A stretch of DNA of 64,000 bases from Nymphaea colorata (lineage: Eukaryota): assembly GCF_008831285.2 (NCBI RefSeq), contig NC_045138.2, forward strand, positions 30,566,001 to 30,630,000, given 5' to 3'. This document shows, one piece after another, positions 1 to 12,453 of this stretch (position 1 is its first letter; the number at the start of each line of letters is the position of its first letter). The translations under genes were made by a program, and so were the position numbers. A model generated the notes under the pieces. That model was not told the origin of the DNA, did no database searches, and was given only the letters and a program-made list of their open reading frames with translations.

Positions 1-62
1 GCACAAAGAGCTAATGCCTTATGAATTAAAAACAAGATTTGATCCTCTACAAATCTCTGTCT

Positions 63-246
63 CGACCATTACGCCAACCTCCTTGGAGACTGTTTCACAA
101 GGAGTTTATGTATAAGAAACCTTGATGTGGAAGAAGATCTTTACCGCTTAAGGGCTTCATAACTTTGGGTACGGAAGGGCACGAAAGCCTCCTCATCTTC
201 TCCCATTTTGAAACTTGGGTGGGAGTGATATATCTGTAAACTAGAG
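63..246. repeat. Dispersed repeat, copy 1 (direct repeat of 3992-4175)
   Basis: Colinear 184-bp match, e.g. attacgccaacctc(c/t)ttggagactgtttcacaa and ttgggtgggag; class unknown. Confidence 0.8.
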
Positions 247-382
247 TATCATGCATCTATCATTTTAGTCTATACGAGTAGCACTCACTAGAATTGAATG
301 GATAATGACTATCTTTACTACACTTCTCATTGCTTGAGGTAATAATCTAAATGGTTGCAGTTCAAGCTGAACATAAACTAGC

Positions 383-386
<4 letters not shown>

Positions 387-438
<52 letters not shown>
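387..438. repeat. Compound (TA)n(GA)n microsatellite
   Basis: Seen directly. Confidence 0.95.
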
Positions 439-439
<1 letters not shown>

Positions 440-1683
440 GGGAAAAAGTAGTTTCAAAATATAGAATTGATTTTAATATCTAATTATAGTTTAGAAAGTG
501 TCCTGACCCTTGGAATACTTGGACTTTTGGTTGAACTCTTACGGGTGTTTGTCTGCAGGAGAAACTTAGTTGAGATAAATTTTCAATGGATATCTTGTCT
601 CAATAAATTATCCAACGGAAAAAGGGGGCATGCTTTTTGGGTGAGTGGGCATAGGATAGATATGATTTCCCAAGACTTTACAGATAAATTGTTCTTAAAA
701 CTAAAAAGACTTTTGAAACACTCTTCCAAAAAGATCCCTCTTTTGGGGCACGCTCTTACTATTCTTGACTAAAATGCTTTAAGCTATTATAGATGATAGA
801 TGGCTTCCAAGGGTTTGGCACATTGGTTTGGACCGGTAGCTGGTAGGGAGCTAGTTCATGGTTCAAGTGCCATTGAGACTATCCCTTTCTATTGTTGGAA
901 CATGCTATGGAGCCCTAAACGGTAAGCAATGTTGATGTCGTAGCTGGTGTGGGCAATTGACCACACCATCCCACAGAATTTGTTTTATTTATACATAAAT
1001 ATGTCATTAGTTTTTACTTTTTTTTTTTTTAATATGAGAAAATTTTCTGGCTCTACCACGAGGGTAGGGACCGTGAAACCATTGTGCCAGACTAAAATAC
1101 TCTCATTAAAATAAAAAGAAATTTTTGAAAAGGGTAAAAGGGATTGTAAAAATTGGAAAAGTCTAAAATACCTATTATTTTATTAAAAAATTCAAAAATT
1201 GCCCCACTGGTCGGTTCATAGTTGTTGCGCGCACTCAATCACAGCTGGATTATGTCGGATCTAAAGATCCATGTTCTGATCACCTTTGATCCAAGATGTT
1301 AAGATCTTAGATCCTTGACTTCTAACAGTGAGAATTTGAAATCTTTTTGTTCAAAAATATGCATTGGATAACACCGTTAAAATCCGGATCTCAAGTTAGA
1401 CCCGTCCCCCCTCACTTGAGAACTGATCTTAAATTTACATATAGAAATTTGAATTTTTAAAAATCCTGTTGGCCTCCGCCCTTCATAAACAATACAGTAA
1501 CACTGTATCCTTCCAGATTTTTAAATATTTTTTGGAAAATCCAATGGATTGATTTGTGCAGCTAAATGCATATGTTAAGAGATTTTATGAGCTAAAAAAT
1601 GTTTTAGATTATTAATTTTTAAACCACTCAAACATTTCAATTTTATGCTAATGGGCACCAATTAAAAAATACTCATACTTTTA

Positions 1684-1759
1684 GAGTCTGTTTGGCAATA
1701 CCAACTAGTTATAATTGTCTCATAAACATGTTTCAAAAATTAAAACAGATAATAGCTGC

Positions 1760-1809
<50 letters not shown>

Positions 1810-1831
1810 GTTATTATTACCAAACGGGCGT
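1684..1831. mobile_element. Tourist/PIF-Harbinger-like MITE containing a (TTA)n expansion
   Basis: Ends gagtctgtttggcaa...ttaccaaacgggcgt, TTA on both flanks, internal (TTA)n run at ~1760-1819. Confidence 0.65.
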
Positions 1832-2569
1832 TTAGATGTACTAACGCATATAAAAGGTCAAATAATTGAAATAAAAAATAAGAAAAACTTGGAAACTAGT
1901 GTCTGCCCACACGTGCCCACACGGAACTCTGCTATTAGTTTCAGCCACGTAGTTAGTTTTTGACTATTTTTTACAAGTTCAACCATGCGAATGGATGCAA
2001 AAAGTCCAACGAATTTCAAGAAAAAGCTATCAAAATTAGATGTATGAATTCTATTCTTAAGTCAAGATCAATGGTCTAAGCTTCCTTGCATAAAAAATGT
2101 AACGTAAACATCAAATTTCACGATTTCTTATTCATGCTTGATATATATATTTAAAAAACTCATTTCTCTATAATTTTTATTTTGTGCTTTTATATAATAT
2201 ATATATATATGATTTGTTTATAAAAGGAATCCAAAGTCAACCTCTAATTTGAGATCCCAGCCATCAGCCACACCTTTAAAAGGCTCATAATTAATGATGT
2301 TAGTCGTCGTTTTCAGTAACAGCTAGCGTGAGGATGAAGAAGATCCCATCTCCATCAAAGGCCTGCGCATTCACAAATGGAGTCAAACATATCCACCCAT
2401 TGGATATGGTTCCCAAAGGTGGACAAACAAGTTTTGAGTCAAAGAAGCAGAGATCTCGCGAGGCTCCCTTTTTAGGATGATGCCTCTGCTCCTGGTTTTT
2501 CCCTTGTTCTGATGAACAGAGAGCAGGTGAATCTATATGCGAGTTTCCCTCTTGGCTCTTACTAGCGTT

Positions 2570-3223
2570 GTTGGTATCTTGATTTGAGAGGCGATCGATC
2601 GGTGGTCGAAGAAAACTTGGGCATCGATGGAAACCCGGTTTTCCGGCGCCGATGGTGGTCGGAAGGGGGAGGAGACACTTTCAGGCGCCCTGCTTCCCGG
2701 GAATACTGCCCCCCGTTATCCTTCTCTTTCACTACCACCACCATCGCCGCCACCGCTGCCTCCTCGTCCCTTGCTGTTCCCACCCCCATCATGGGCCGGG
2801 AAGGTGAAAGGAAGCAGGCAGAGGCGCAGGAATTTTTCCGTCGCGTCTTTTCGTTCTTTTTCGCTGCCAACATCATCACCACCGCCGCCGCCGCCCCCAC
2901 TGCCCCCGCCTCCATCACTCTTGGTGAAGACAAATAGGAGTAGACAGAGAACCAAGGGCTCTTCATGCTTGTCCTTTCCTTCGTTCGGCTCCCGTGAGAA
3001 GGAAACGAATGAGAGTAAGAAGCGCAGTGCCGTCGATATCCCAGCCCCTCCCCCGTTGCCGCCGCCTCCTTCCTTCTTGCGCAATTTGTTCTCGAACCTG
3101 AAGAAGGAGGTCATGATCCGGCGGCAAAGGGTCCACTCCGTCACCATTCCTCCACCGCCGCCGCCGCCGCCACCACTGCCCACCTCCTCGTATCCAAGAA
3201 AGCGTTCGAAATTCAATTCGTGA
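2570..3223 (+). pseudogene. Proline-rich (hydroxyproline-rich glycoprotein-family-like) gene, probably truncated/frameshifted
   Basis: GC/CpG-rich island. The 198-aa ORF 2627-3223 has polyproline tracts and PPPPSFLRNLFSNLKK...RVHSVTIPPPPP. A different frame just upstream reads YLDLRG...FRRRWWSE. From memory these resemble the SYPDLR and FHNLFKKG..KIHSV motifs of the At1g72790/At5g57070 family (not searched). Confidence 0.45.
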
Positions 3224-3722
3224 TTGGTTTTGGATTTGATATATAAAATCTGGATCAATAATGTTGAAATATGTAAAACGAAGGTGTGCTTTAGCTTGTT
3301 TGGTGAAAAGTTGTGACTATGTTTTTAGATTTACAAGTAAGTGTGATGCTTGCTTTGAAAAGGTGTAAACATTTGTAGACAGCAAGCTTTATAGGAAGGT
3401 CTGTTCCTACTGTGATAAGATATCGCCATTACTTTTCTATTCAAATAATATCTACACTTGAGTAACAGAAAGAACGGTTTGTTTATCTTTTTTTTTTCTC
3501 ATTAATCTTGTTTTTGTAGCTATTGGCAATTTTTTTTCCTGATGTTCAAAATTCAAACAGAATGGTGGAGCAGAATGCATTGATGCGAGGCAAATATACC
3601 AAGAATAAACAAAATCTCTGAAACTTTCTCTCAGGCATCAAAAAGCTAATACACTTTTCTTTACTTGTCTGTTGGTTCAAGGACAAGAAGGCCCTACTTT
3701 CTGCAATCTACTATGATGTAAC

Positions 3723-3802
3723 TTGTGCTGTTTTGAGACAAAGTGCTCCTTCCACTTAGAGATTTGTGCTGTTTTGAGACAAAGTGCTTCTTCCATTTAG
3801 AG
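3723..3802. repeat. Tandem duplication, 41-bp unit x2
   Basis: ttgtgctgttttgagacaaagtgct(c/t)cttcca(c/t)ttagag repeated. Confidence 0.85.
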
Positions 3803-3991
3803 TTTTCAATGAGTCAAGTTCGAGTAAGCTCGACTCGAGTTTGGCTCGTTTAATAAACAAGTCAAGTTAAGAAATACACCCCTTCATTGAACTCAAACTT
3901 TTATACCCAACTGTTCATCTTCATAGGGCCTACGGTCCACTTTCAGTGCCTTAGAGGTGCCGCTCCCTATCACATTTCAGCTTCCGTGCCC

Positions 3992-4175
3992 CGACTATTA
4001 CGCCAACCTCTTTGGAGACTGTTTCACAAAGAGTTTATACATTAGAAACTTTTATTAGGAAGAAGATCTTGATAGCACAAGAGCTTAACAGCTTTGGATA
4101 CCAAAGGGTATGGAAGCCTCCTCCTCTTCTCTCCTTTCAGGATTTGGGTGGGAGAGATATATTTGTCAACTAGAG
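3992..4175. repeat. Dispersed repeat, copy 2 (direct repeat of 63-246)
   Basis: Same alignment as copy 1; diverged by many substitutions. Confidence 0.8.
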
Positions 4176-7043
4176 CGAGAGAGTTACCATCTACTAAAAG
4201 GGGCCAACAGCTATGACTAATGGCGTAGTCACATTCTGTCTACATCAGTCTCTTAAAAAAATTTTATTTATAAATAAAAATCTTAAATATTTATTTTTAT
4301 ATATATAAGTGTCCCACCAAATTTGAGTATTTTTAAATAAGTGCTCTTCTAGTGAATTTTTCTGCCTCCGCTACAGGCTAAGACCCACTGTCCAAAAAAG
4401 AAAGACCATGGGTCCATGACCCACTGTCCCGAAAAGAAAACCAAGTCCTTTCTTTTTCCCATGCCTTTTAGTTCGAAAAGAAAACCAAGTCCTTTCTTTT
4501 TTCGGTGCCTTTTAGTCCATTGGAATGTGGACATAGCACTGGTTGCATGATTGCATCGTTAACTAAATAATGCAGCCCACCCTTATAAGGCCCAGGACCT
4601 AGTGCCCACTAAAGAAAACAAGAACTTTTCTTCCTTTTTAAATGAAAAAAACAAATTAATGATATATGTACATACATGCACATTTCCTTGCAAATAAATT
4701 ATATGTCCGTTGAGCAATTTGATTAATGATTTATAAAGAATATTGAGCAAAACCTTTTCAATGAGAAAAAAAAAATGACCATTATAGTACGTTTGATAAA
4801 GAAATAGTTTTGCACCTAACTGTATATAATATCCATGTAATCAATTTATCGGAGAAGCACAGGAGCAACTGGGATTTCCTATCCATGAGATTGTCAAAAT
4901 GATATTACAGAGTTGTTGAACATATATTACTTACTACAAAATGCACATGAACAAGAAAAAACAGAGACACACATATTTGAGTGCTGTTTTGCATTAAAAA
5001 TTTTATTTTTGTTGTTCAAATTTTAAGATAAAGTTTTCCCAAGGGGCCCCAAACCCCATAGCCAGTCCTTTCGCCTTTCATATCGGCATCCATGTGACAC
5101 ACAGTATTTCAGTACGGATCAGGTCATGTGAGCCTACCCGATCCGATCAGTCTAGCGCAGCAGCCTTTTGGGAGGCGCCGTCAGTCACGCTTCCCCCACC
5201 TTCTGTCCAAATCACTAAAAAACGGGTCGGATTAATTCCACTCTATATAACCTATTTATGATCCAATTGACCAAATTTACATCCAAATTTCAATATTTAA
5301 ATTTTAATTTTACTAATAGTTGAAGGGGAAAGACTAACTTTCGTCGTGAATCATAAATATCAGAAATTTTTTTACGAAAAAACAAAAGCAACGGTACACC
5401 AAAATAAGTTTCCCTAGTAACAAGTTTTGTTTTTATATTACTACAAACATTTGAGATTTATTTGTCTTCGCATCAAACACGTAATCCTCCCTTAGTTTTA
5501 ACAGGTTGAGCTTGTAAGAGATTAATAATCTTAGGCTTCTTCTCCCCTAATGAGTTTGGTTAATACTTTCTCAAGGACAAGGCTCCTTTAATAATTTAGG
5601 ACAGCTATACATCCGATATTGCACATAATTGACTGGTATAACTTTTGCGGTATATCAAAAAATATGATTGCGAACAATTTTTAGTGACACAAAATAAAAA
5701 AATAACTACATAGCTATAGAGGTAGTTGGCTGATTCCAATTCTTCAGATATATCTATACATTTATACACATATACAAATAAACATTAAATTCTGAAATAT
5801 TAAGTTTTGAGACCATTTCATGTTTGATGAAATGTTCAACAATGACCATTTAATGACAGGAAAATTAGATTTTGAAGTTAGGCCATGATCATATAACTAT
5901 GTTCTATCATAGCTATGAGGGCAGAAATAAACTGGCAATGAAAACCAAAAAAGCAGTGTAGCCTGAATTTGGATATCAAGCAGTGTTTTTTAAAGAGGAA
6001 TAAATAGTTTGAACAATGCTTCAAGTTTTTTATAGAAATCGTTGTTTTTGGTGTGTCACCTGAGGCTGAGTTTCCCAAACATATTAATAAAAAGTCCAAT
6101 TTTTAATAAAATATTATTTTTACAGAACGCCTTTTTAAGGTGTCATCTAAATAAGTCCTAACAAAAAATATATATATAATTGAAAAATGAGGTGAATGGT
6201 TTAGAGTTTGGAGATATAAGTACGACGAAGAGTAATGGTATAAAATTTCAAAAAAAGAAGAAAAGTACCGAAAAGGGAGCATACTTTTTGGTAAATGGTT
6301 TGCGTGCCCTCGAGGAGCCAAATGTTCTGAAAAAAAAAAAAAACCTTACAGGGAAAAAGAAAGTGGAGCAGGAAAGGTCGAATGCTTTTGGGGCTCCACA
6401 GACCCACCAGGTTGGCTGGCCTTCGATCGTATCGCTTTCTCCCTTTTTTAGTTAGCGTTCTTTGAGAAACTCAAATCATTCAACCAACCAATGGAAACTC
6501 GAAATCTCAGCCCTCTTATTGTCCTTCACACTTCATAGACCTCATTCTGTACATTTCAATTTTTGTTTGGTTGGTCTTGAATCCTTTTTGTAATGTTGGT
6601 TGGTTCTGTCATAATCGATTATTAATACCAAAGTTTCCAGATTGATTCTGTTCTCGTTCCTGCGTTGAGATATTGGGTCGTATCAAATTTTTGGTTTCAG
6701 AGCCAAAGGGACGTCTCTAGAGGGAGGATTGTTCTTTTTGACGAATATTTGTTGTTGGTATTGATTCTCAGAGCAACCTTTTCCCCTCATCTAGTTTCCT
6801 TCTTTATGAATTATTTGCTTTTCGGGTGGAGTGCGGTCATTCACTTGTTCTGATTTCTGTATCTTGGTACGGGGACAGTCTGTTGGTGGTGAAGATTTCT
6901 AATGCTGATGCAGTGGATTTATTCGATTTCAGCAAATGGGTATCCCTAAAAAAGTCAGATTATTTTTTGATTGTTTCAGAACGTGCTTACGATCGATCGT
7001 AGGAGCGGCATCGGCCACGGCAGCGGGTTCGCGGTCGCCAGAG

Positions 7044-10000
7044 ATGAGCTTCGGAAGCACTTCTTTGGGTTCTGGTCGCTCAAATGCATCCTTTCCTTTG
7101 CTGAACTCACCATTTTTTTGCTTTTATCTTTTTTTGATGGTGGAGTAGGTTTTAATGGACGAGATTGTGGATGTAGGAAGTAGAAGTGCAAGGACCTTTG
7201 AGTTTGGGAGGACTCATGTCGTTAGGCCCAAAGGTAAACATCAGGCAACCATCGTCTGGCTTCATGGTCTTGGTGACAATGGCTTAAGGTACTGTTTCAC
7301 GGCACTTGGTTTCCCATCTTTTCTACTCCTTTCATCATTGGCTGGCCGCTGGTACCGAATCTCTTGTTTTTCTTCTCTTTTTTCTGCGTTACATCCAGAG
7401 TTTAGGATGGTTCAATCATTCAATTGTGTTTTATGGTCTTTTGTTATTCGAGTTGCATTTTCAGCTTTTAGTCTCTTGCTTATTGAGGGCACCAGCAAAA
7501 TTCTGGAGTTTCTATCAAATTTTCTGCTAAAAATTACGACAGTAAAACACCCGATTCGTTCCTGAGATGTCTAAAGTCCAATGTTATCCGTATCGTGTAT
7601 CGTACGATACGTATCGTATAGTCCTCCCTCTCTCTCTTCTTGTATTTAAAGACTCCAATAGACGTAGGAGAGAGAGATTTTGCCCATTTTCATCAAAAAT
7701 AACCAAGGATTCATCAATTGGGGAAATATTATCGTTGAATCATGAAAGATGATAACTATATGTTTTGAACTTATAAAATTGTGATGTAATCTAAGTCCTA
7801 AAACTCCAAGTCCTAAGACTCTAAGTCCTAAGATTCTATAAAATTTTCAAGTTTAAAATTGTGATGGATGCTTATATGTTATTCTTGAAGATTTGATTTC
7901 TTATTTTTGAATGTGTCGCTGATACACATGAATGTTCCTTATGTATGATGATCTTTTTTATATTTGAATACATTTTTCCTGATTTCTGATTTTTTGTTCA
8001 TTTTTTTCAGATATTTAATGATTTTTCTCTATTTTTTCTGATTTTTAAATATTTTTTAAAATTTAAAAATTAATTTTACGATACTTGCGATACGTTACGA
8101 TATGGCGTATAGGTCGGCCCGACCGATACGCGATACGCTATGCCTTTTATAACATTGGTCTAAACTGCTGTTAGGAGTGGCCAAAAATTTTGCAAAAGCA
8201 ATACCGAGGTGAAATATTGTACATCTTTCTATTGAATTATAGTAATAGATAGGATTTGCATAACAAAATGCTATACTGGAGAAGCTTTATTTGAATGAAA
8301 GGTTGGAAATCATTCAAAATTTTCTAGTCCTTGGCATTCCTGCCCTACAAAACCTTTTGGATCTAGGTTTGGAAACCGCCCACTCTTGTGCCGAAGCTCA
8401 TCCATGTATCTGTTTGTCCTTGGGCTTTAATGAGATCTTGGTGAGCAACACCCTGTCTTTTGCTAAGTTATAGTCGTTCAATTTTCTTTTGTTCTTGCAA
8501 AAGAAATTGTTTTCGAATATCCACTTCCGTTTGTACTTGTAAATATAGTGATTAGACTTAATCATATGATACCCTAGCCTTTTATGTAATAATCTTGATC
8601 TTGAGGAACTTTGTATCTGCTTATCCAGTTTTATCTTTGTCCTATTTGACCGTCTGTTTGTACACTGTATGCAATATCTCTCTTGTTAATTCACTCCTTT
8701 TTCCTTTTGGTTTATTCATTGTTGGGTGACAATTGACAAACCATCTATAATTTGCTTTTTTACTTCTATGGTTCCAATAATTGGACTAGAGGTTTTTCCT
8801 AATATGCTAATCATAGTTTTATTTTCCACCCAATCTTTTCTTGTTTTTCACTTCCACATTTGTCTGTTTTGGACGTGAACATAATCCTAGAACCTTGTCA
8901 GATTAATCTGTTGCACCATTCATGCAACGTGGCAGTAGAATCTTCAGGTTATTTTGCAATTTTTTGTTTTGAAGAGCATATTATTAACAGATTTTTTCTG
9001 TAACTGGCATAAATTGCTAATTGTGCATGAATTTTTTTCCAAATTTGTGTAATTAAGTAATTCTTTAATTGTCCATGCTCGTTTGGAACATTTCCTTTCT
9101 GGTAGCAGCTTTGCATGACTGCTGTTTTCTTGCATCACCAATTTTCTCTTCACTTACACAATGCAAATTTGCTGTGTATTTACTTATGCAGTTGGTCCCA
9201 GCTGTTGGAAACTCTACCTCTTCCTAATGTAAGTAATGGCTATTCATCTGCATGTGTCATAACTAGCATGAGAAATGTCTTCCGGCATGATATCTAACAT
9301 CTAACTCATACGTGGGAAAATAATTAATGTATGTTGACTTTTTATTTCTTTGCAATGGTCAAGATCAAGTGGATTTGCCCAACAGCGCCCACCAGACCAG
9401 TAGCCATATTTGGTGGATTTCCATGTACTGCATGTGAGTTTCCTTGCCATAACAAGTTTGTGATTAATTTATTCTACTGGGAGCATTCTAACGTGTGCTC
9501 CATAAGTGCCTGCATTTTCTAAAGTACCTGCTGCTAACAGGGTTTGATGTTGGAGATCTTTCTGAGGAAGGTCCTGCTGATGTGGAAGGTTTAGATGCTT
9601 CAGCTGCACATGTTGCAAATTTGTTGTCAACTGAACCTGCTGATAGTATGTCCGTTAGAAATTATGTTCCACAATCTTTCTTGCTGATCCTGTATACCTT
9701 CTGAGAAAACTTACCCGCTGATATTCAAATTACATATGAGTCAGACATTTAGAATATTATGATAATTAATTTTCCACAATTTTAGCGAAAGCATATCTTT
9801 GTAATACTAATTTTAGTTTTTATTGCTTTCCCAGTTAAACTTGGGGTTGGAGGCTTCAGTATGGGTGCCGCTACTGCATTGTATTCAGCAAGTTGCTGTG
9901 CTCATGGAAAATATGGAAATGGAAATCCTTATACTGTCAACATTAGTGCTGCTGTTGGTCTAAGTGGCTGGCTTCCATGTGCAAAGTCGGTCATCTCTGT

Positions 10001-12453
10001 TTCTTCTTTCTGTATACAATATTTTGTTCTTTTTTCCGCATTTAGAAGCTATTGTCTAACAAATGTCAATCAAGCTGTGTATCTTTGCTTGCAGCTGTCC
10101 TTTATTTGTTCAATGTTGTACTGCAGGAGCTTGAAAGACAAAATTGGTGAGTCAGAAGAAGCTGCAAGACGTGCAGCATCCTTACCTCTTCTACTCTTGC
10201 ATGGCAAAGGTACTTATTTTGTTTCTTTCTTGATTTTATATATTCTTGTGTGCAGATAAAACACATCTAAAGTTATTTTGCTTTTCAGTTTTCATCCATC
10301 TTATGTACTGATGGGTCTTATATTACTTATTTTTCTCCTCTTCACTTGCATGTCAATTGAAAGGGTACTTGCTTCTGTTGTATCCTTATCAGCTCTGTGC
10401 TTTCTTGCTTACACAAAGACAAAGTTCACACCTAAAAGTTATTTTCCTTTCATCCTATGAGAGAAGGAGTTCTTCTATTCTTGTTAGTCTAGAAATATGT
10501 TGCGTTGGTAAAATGCTGGGACATTCAGTTTCTCAGGCTGTCTTGTATTTCAATTTTTTGCCCTTACTCAAACATATGCAGCCAGATGATATAGTTGGCT
10601 GGATTGAAGCAACTCAGGCAAATCTCACCACTTTTGGGTTCTAAAAAATAGCTTAAACAGTTGCAGACTACATGACACGGGCACGTGTAATTTGCCCAGG
10701 TACCTGTGTCGGTACGTGGGTACGGCGACAGGGGTATGTGGGTACGCTGCATTTTAAAACATTTATAATTATATTTTCAAACTTCATTTTTTATCTAATT
10801 TTGATTTTCCCTTCTTTTATATTTCCCTTCCACTAAGATTCTATATTTTCCTCCCATTTTTCTTATGATAAACAATGTTTTGTTTGTGTTTTGTTTGAGA
10901 CTTTCTTATGAGATTATAAGTGTGAACTATTAATGCTTTTTTTTCATTTGATCATTTTTTAAAATGTAAAATTTGTTGTACCTGCGTACTCATAATTTTC
11001 AAAATTGTCATGTCCGAACCTATGCCGCTGTACCTGCACCCATGTGACATAGGTTACAGAGCAACTGATTCAAAGGGTGCATACTCAAACTCAACTATCA
11101 GAGAGCTAATAGATGTCTGAAGTTGCATGTAGAAGCTACTGAAGATACTCACAGTTACGAGGCCCTCAAAATTTTTCATGGTTATACTGTTTAGTAAAAA
11201 GAAGAAGCAAGAAAACCAGTCTGTTTATCATCCTTTTCTCTTTTGTGAGAATTGATCATGAATGCTACTTGAATTCATCCTTTCTCACATGCTGCTCTGT
11301 GTTTATGGTTCTCATTTATGGAACTCCCTTTTCTCTATTTTCATGGACAACTGCTCCACTTGTTTTTCTTTTTCTTGAATTTTCCACCTATGATGGAAAT
11401 GATGTCTAGAAAAATCAATGTTAATGATAATTCAGATTAATGCAGGTTCTAGCCAGTTCTGTAAAAATTCGGAAGTTGAATCATGTCACCCAGGCTTCCA
11501 GTTCAGCAATTCAGCTGAACTGGTATCGGGGAAAAATATTATTATATTTATTTTAAAAATAAAGAGAAACAATACTTTTAGAACTAAAATAAGTAAAACT
11601 TTACAACACTTGGGTGTAGCCACTTGCATATTCTGTTGGCAAATAGAAAATGTACGTACAAGAGTTTGTGCACATCAACATTAATCACATGGAAGGTAGA
11701 CACAATTGATCTGTTAACAGGATGGTGGATGGCTTTGTTAGTCAGGCTGCCATTATATCTAATAAGTATTTTCTGCCAAATTCTACACATTTTCATGGCT
11801 GAAAAAGGAAAAGATATGGGGATTGAGTACTGAGGGTAAAGATGAAGCTGGATAGAGCAAGGTTGTGAGTTTTTTCACTTGGCTGTTTAGAATCCAATCT
11901 GAATCTGTGCCCCATGCATTCTGATTTTTGGAACTCTAGCCATGTGCCTACATATTTGAGATTGGTTCCCCCGTCATCTTCCATTACCATGTTCCTGCAC
12001 ACATGCAATGCTCATTGTCGAACTTGTATCATGATTAGCATCTTTGAAATTGGAATTCTAATCAATATCTCCTTCAAACTGTGCATCTTCTCGTCCTAGA
12101 TCTGCATGCAGGACAACATCTCAACTGCTAATGCAAAATATAATTGTGGAACTAGGAAATATGTTACATAAAGCCTTTCCTTTTTGTTTCAGGTGATGAT
12201 GTTGTTCGCTACAAGTTTGGAGAGAAATCTGCAGAGGTTTTAACCTCTTCAGGGTTTCGCAACATGACATTTAAATCATACAATGGGTATCTGATCCTTT
12301 ACATGTTTCATTATTGCCAGTTTTAACTTGAAACTTCCAGGTTTATGGTTGCAATTTGTCATGTGCAGTCTAGGTCACTACACAGTACCTGAAGAGATGG
12401 ATGATTTCTGCAAATGGATCGTGGCGTCTCTGGGGCTTGAGACTTCACGCTGA
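7044..12453 (+). CDS. Acyl-protein thioesterase / lysophospholipase-like alpha/beta hydrolase (phospholipase/carboxylesterase family), 9 coding exons, ~255 aa
   Basis: Exons read by hand with GT-AG boundaries: 7044-7074, 7177-7288, 9192-9228, 9364-9433, 9541-9645, 9835-9985, 10127-10209, 12193-12286, 12369-12453 (768 nt, open frame). Motifs ATIVWLHGLGDNG, KWICPTAP, GGFSMG (catalytic Ser), HGKGDDVV (Asp) and LGHYT (His) match the APT1/APT2 family. Confidence 0.93.
7578..8158. mobile_element. hAT-type MITE with CGATAC/GTATCG subterminal repeats, in thioesterase intron 2
   Basis: TIR ccaatgttat...ataacattgg; 8-bp TSD tctaaagt/tctaaact; gtatcg repeats at the left end and cgatac repeats at the right end. 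Confidence 0.8.
10668..11052. mobile_element. hAT-type MITE, family A, in thioesterase intron 7
   Basis: Ends ctacatgacacggg...cccatgtgacatag; 8-bp TSD gttgcaga/gttacaga; subterminal gggtacgg motifs. Confidence 0.8.

Noticed and set aside
835..880. A-box/B-box-like motifs (tagctggtagg...ggttcaagt) suggesting a tRNA or SINE
   Set aside because: Spacing is too short, and there is no cloverleaf, poly-A tail or TSD.
1715..1963. Poly-Leu ORF
   Set aside because: Artefact of the (TTA)n repeat inside a MITE.
2562..3258. Minus-strand Gly/Ala-rich ORFs (2562-2966, 2716-3258)
   Set aside because: Antisense shadows of the GC-rich proline-coding strand.
3723..4520. Short direct repeats considered as a CRISPR-like array
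   Set aside because: Two-copy tandem duplications with no unique spacers, in a eukaryotic context.
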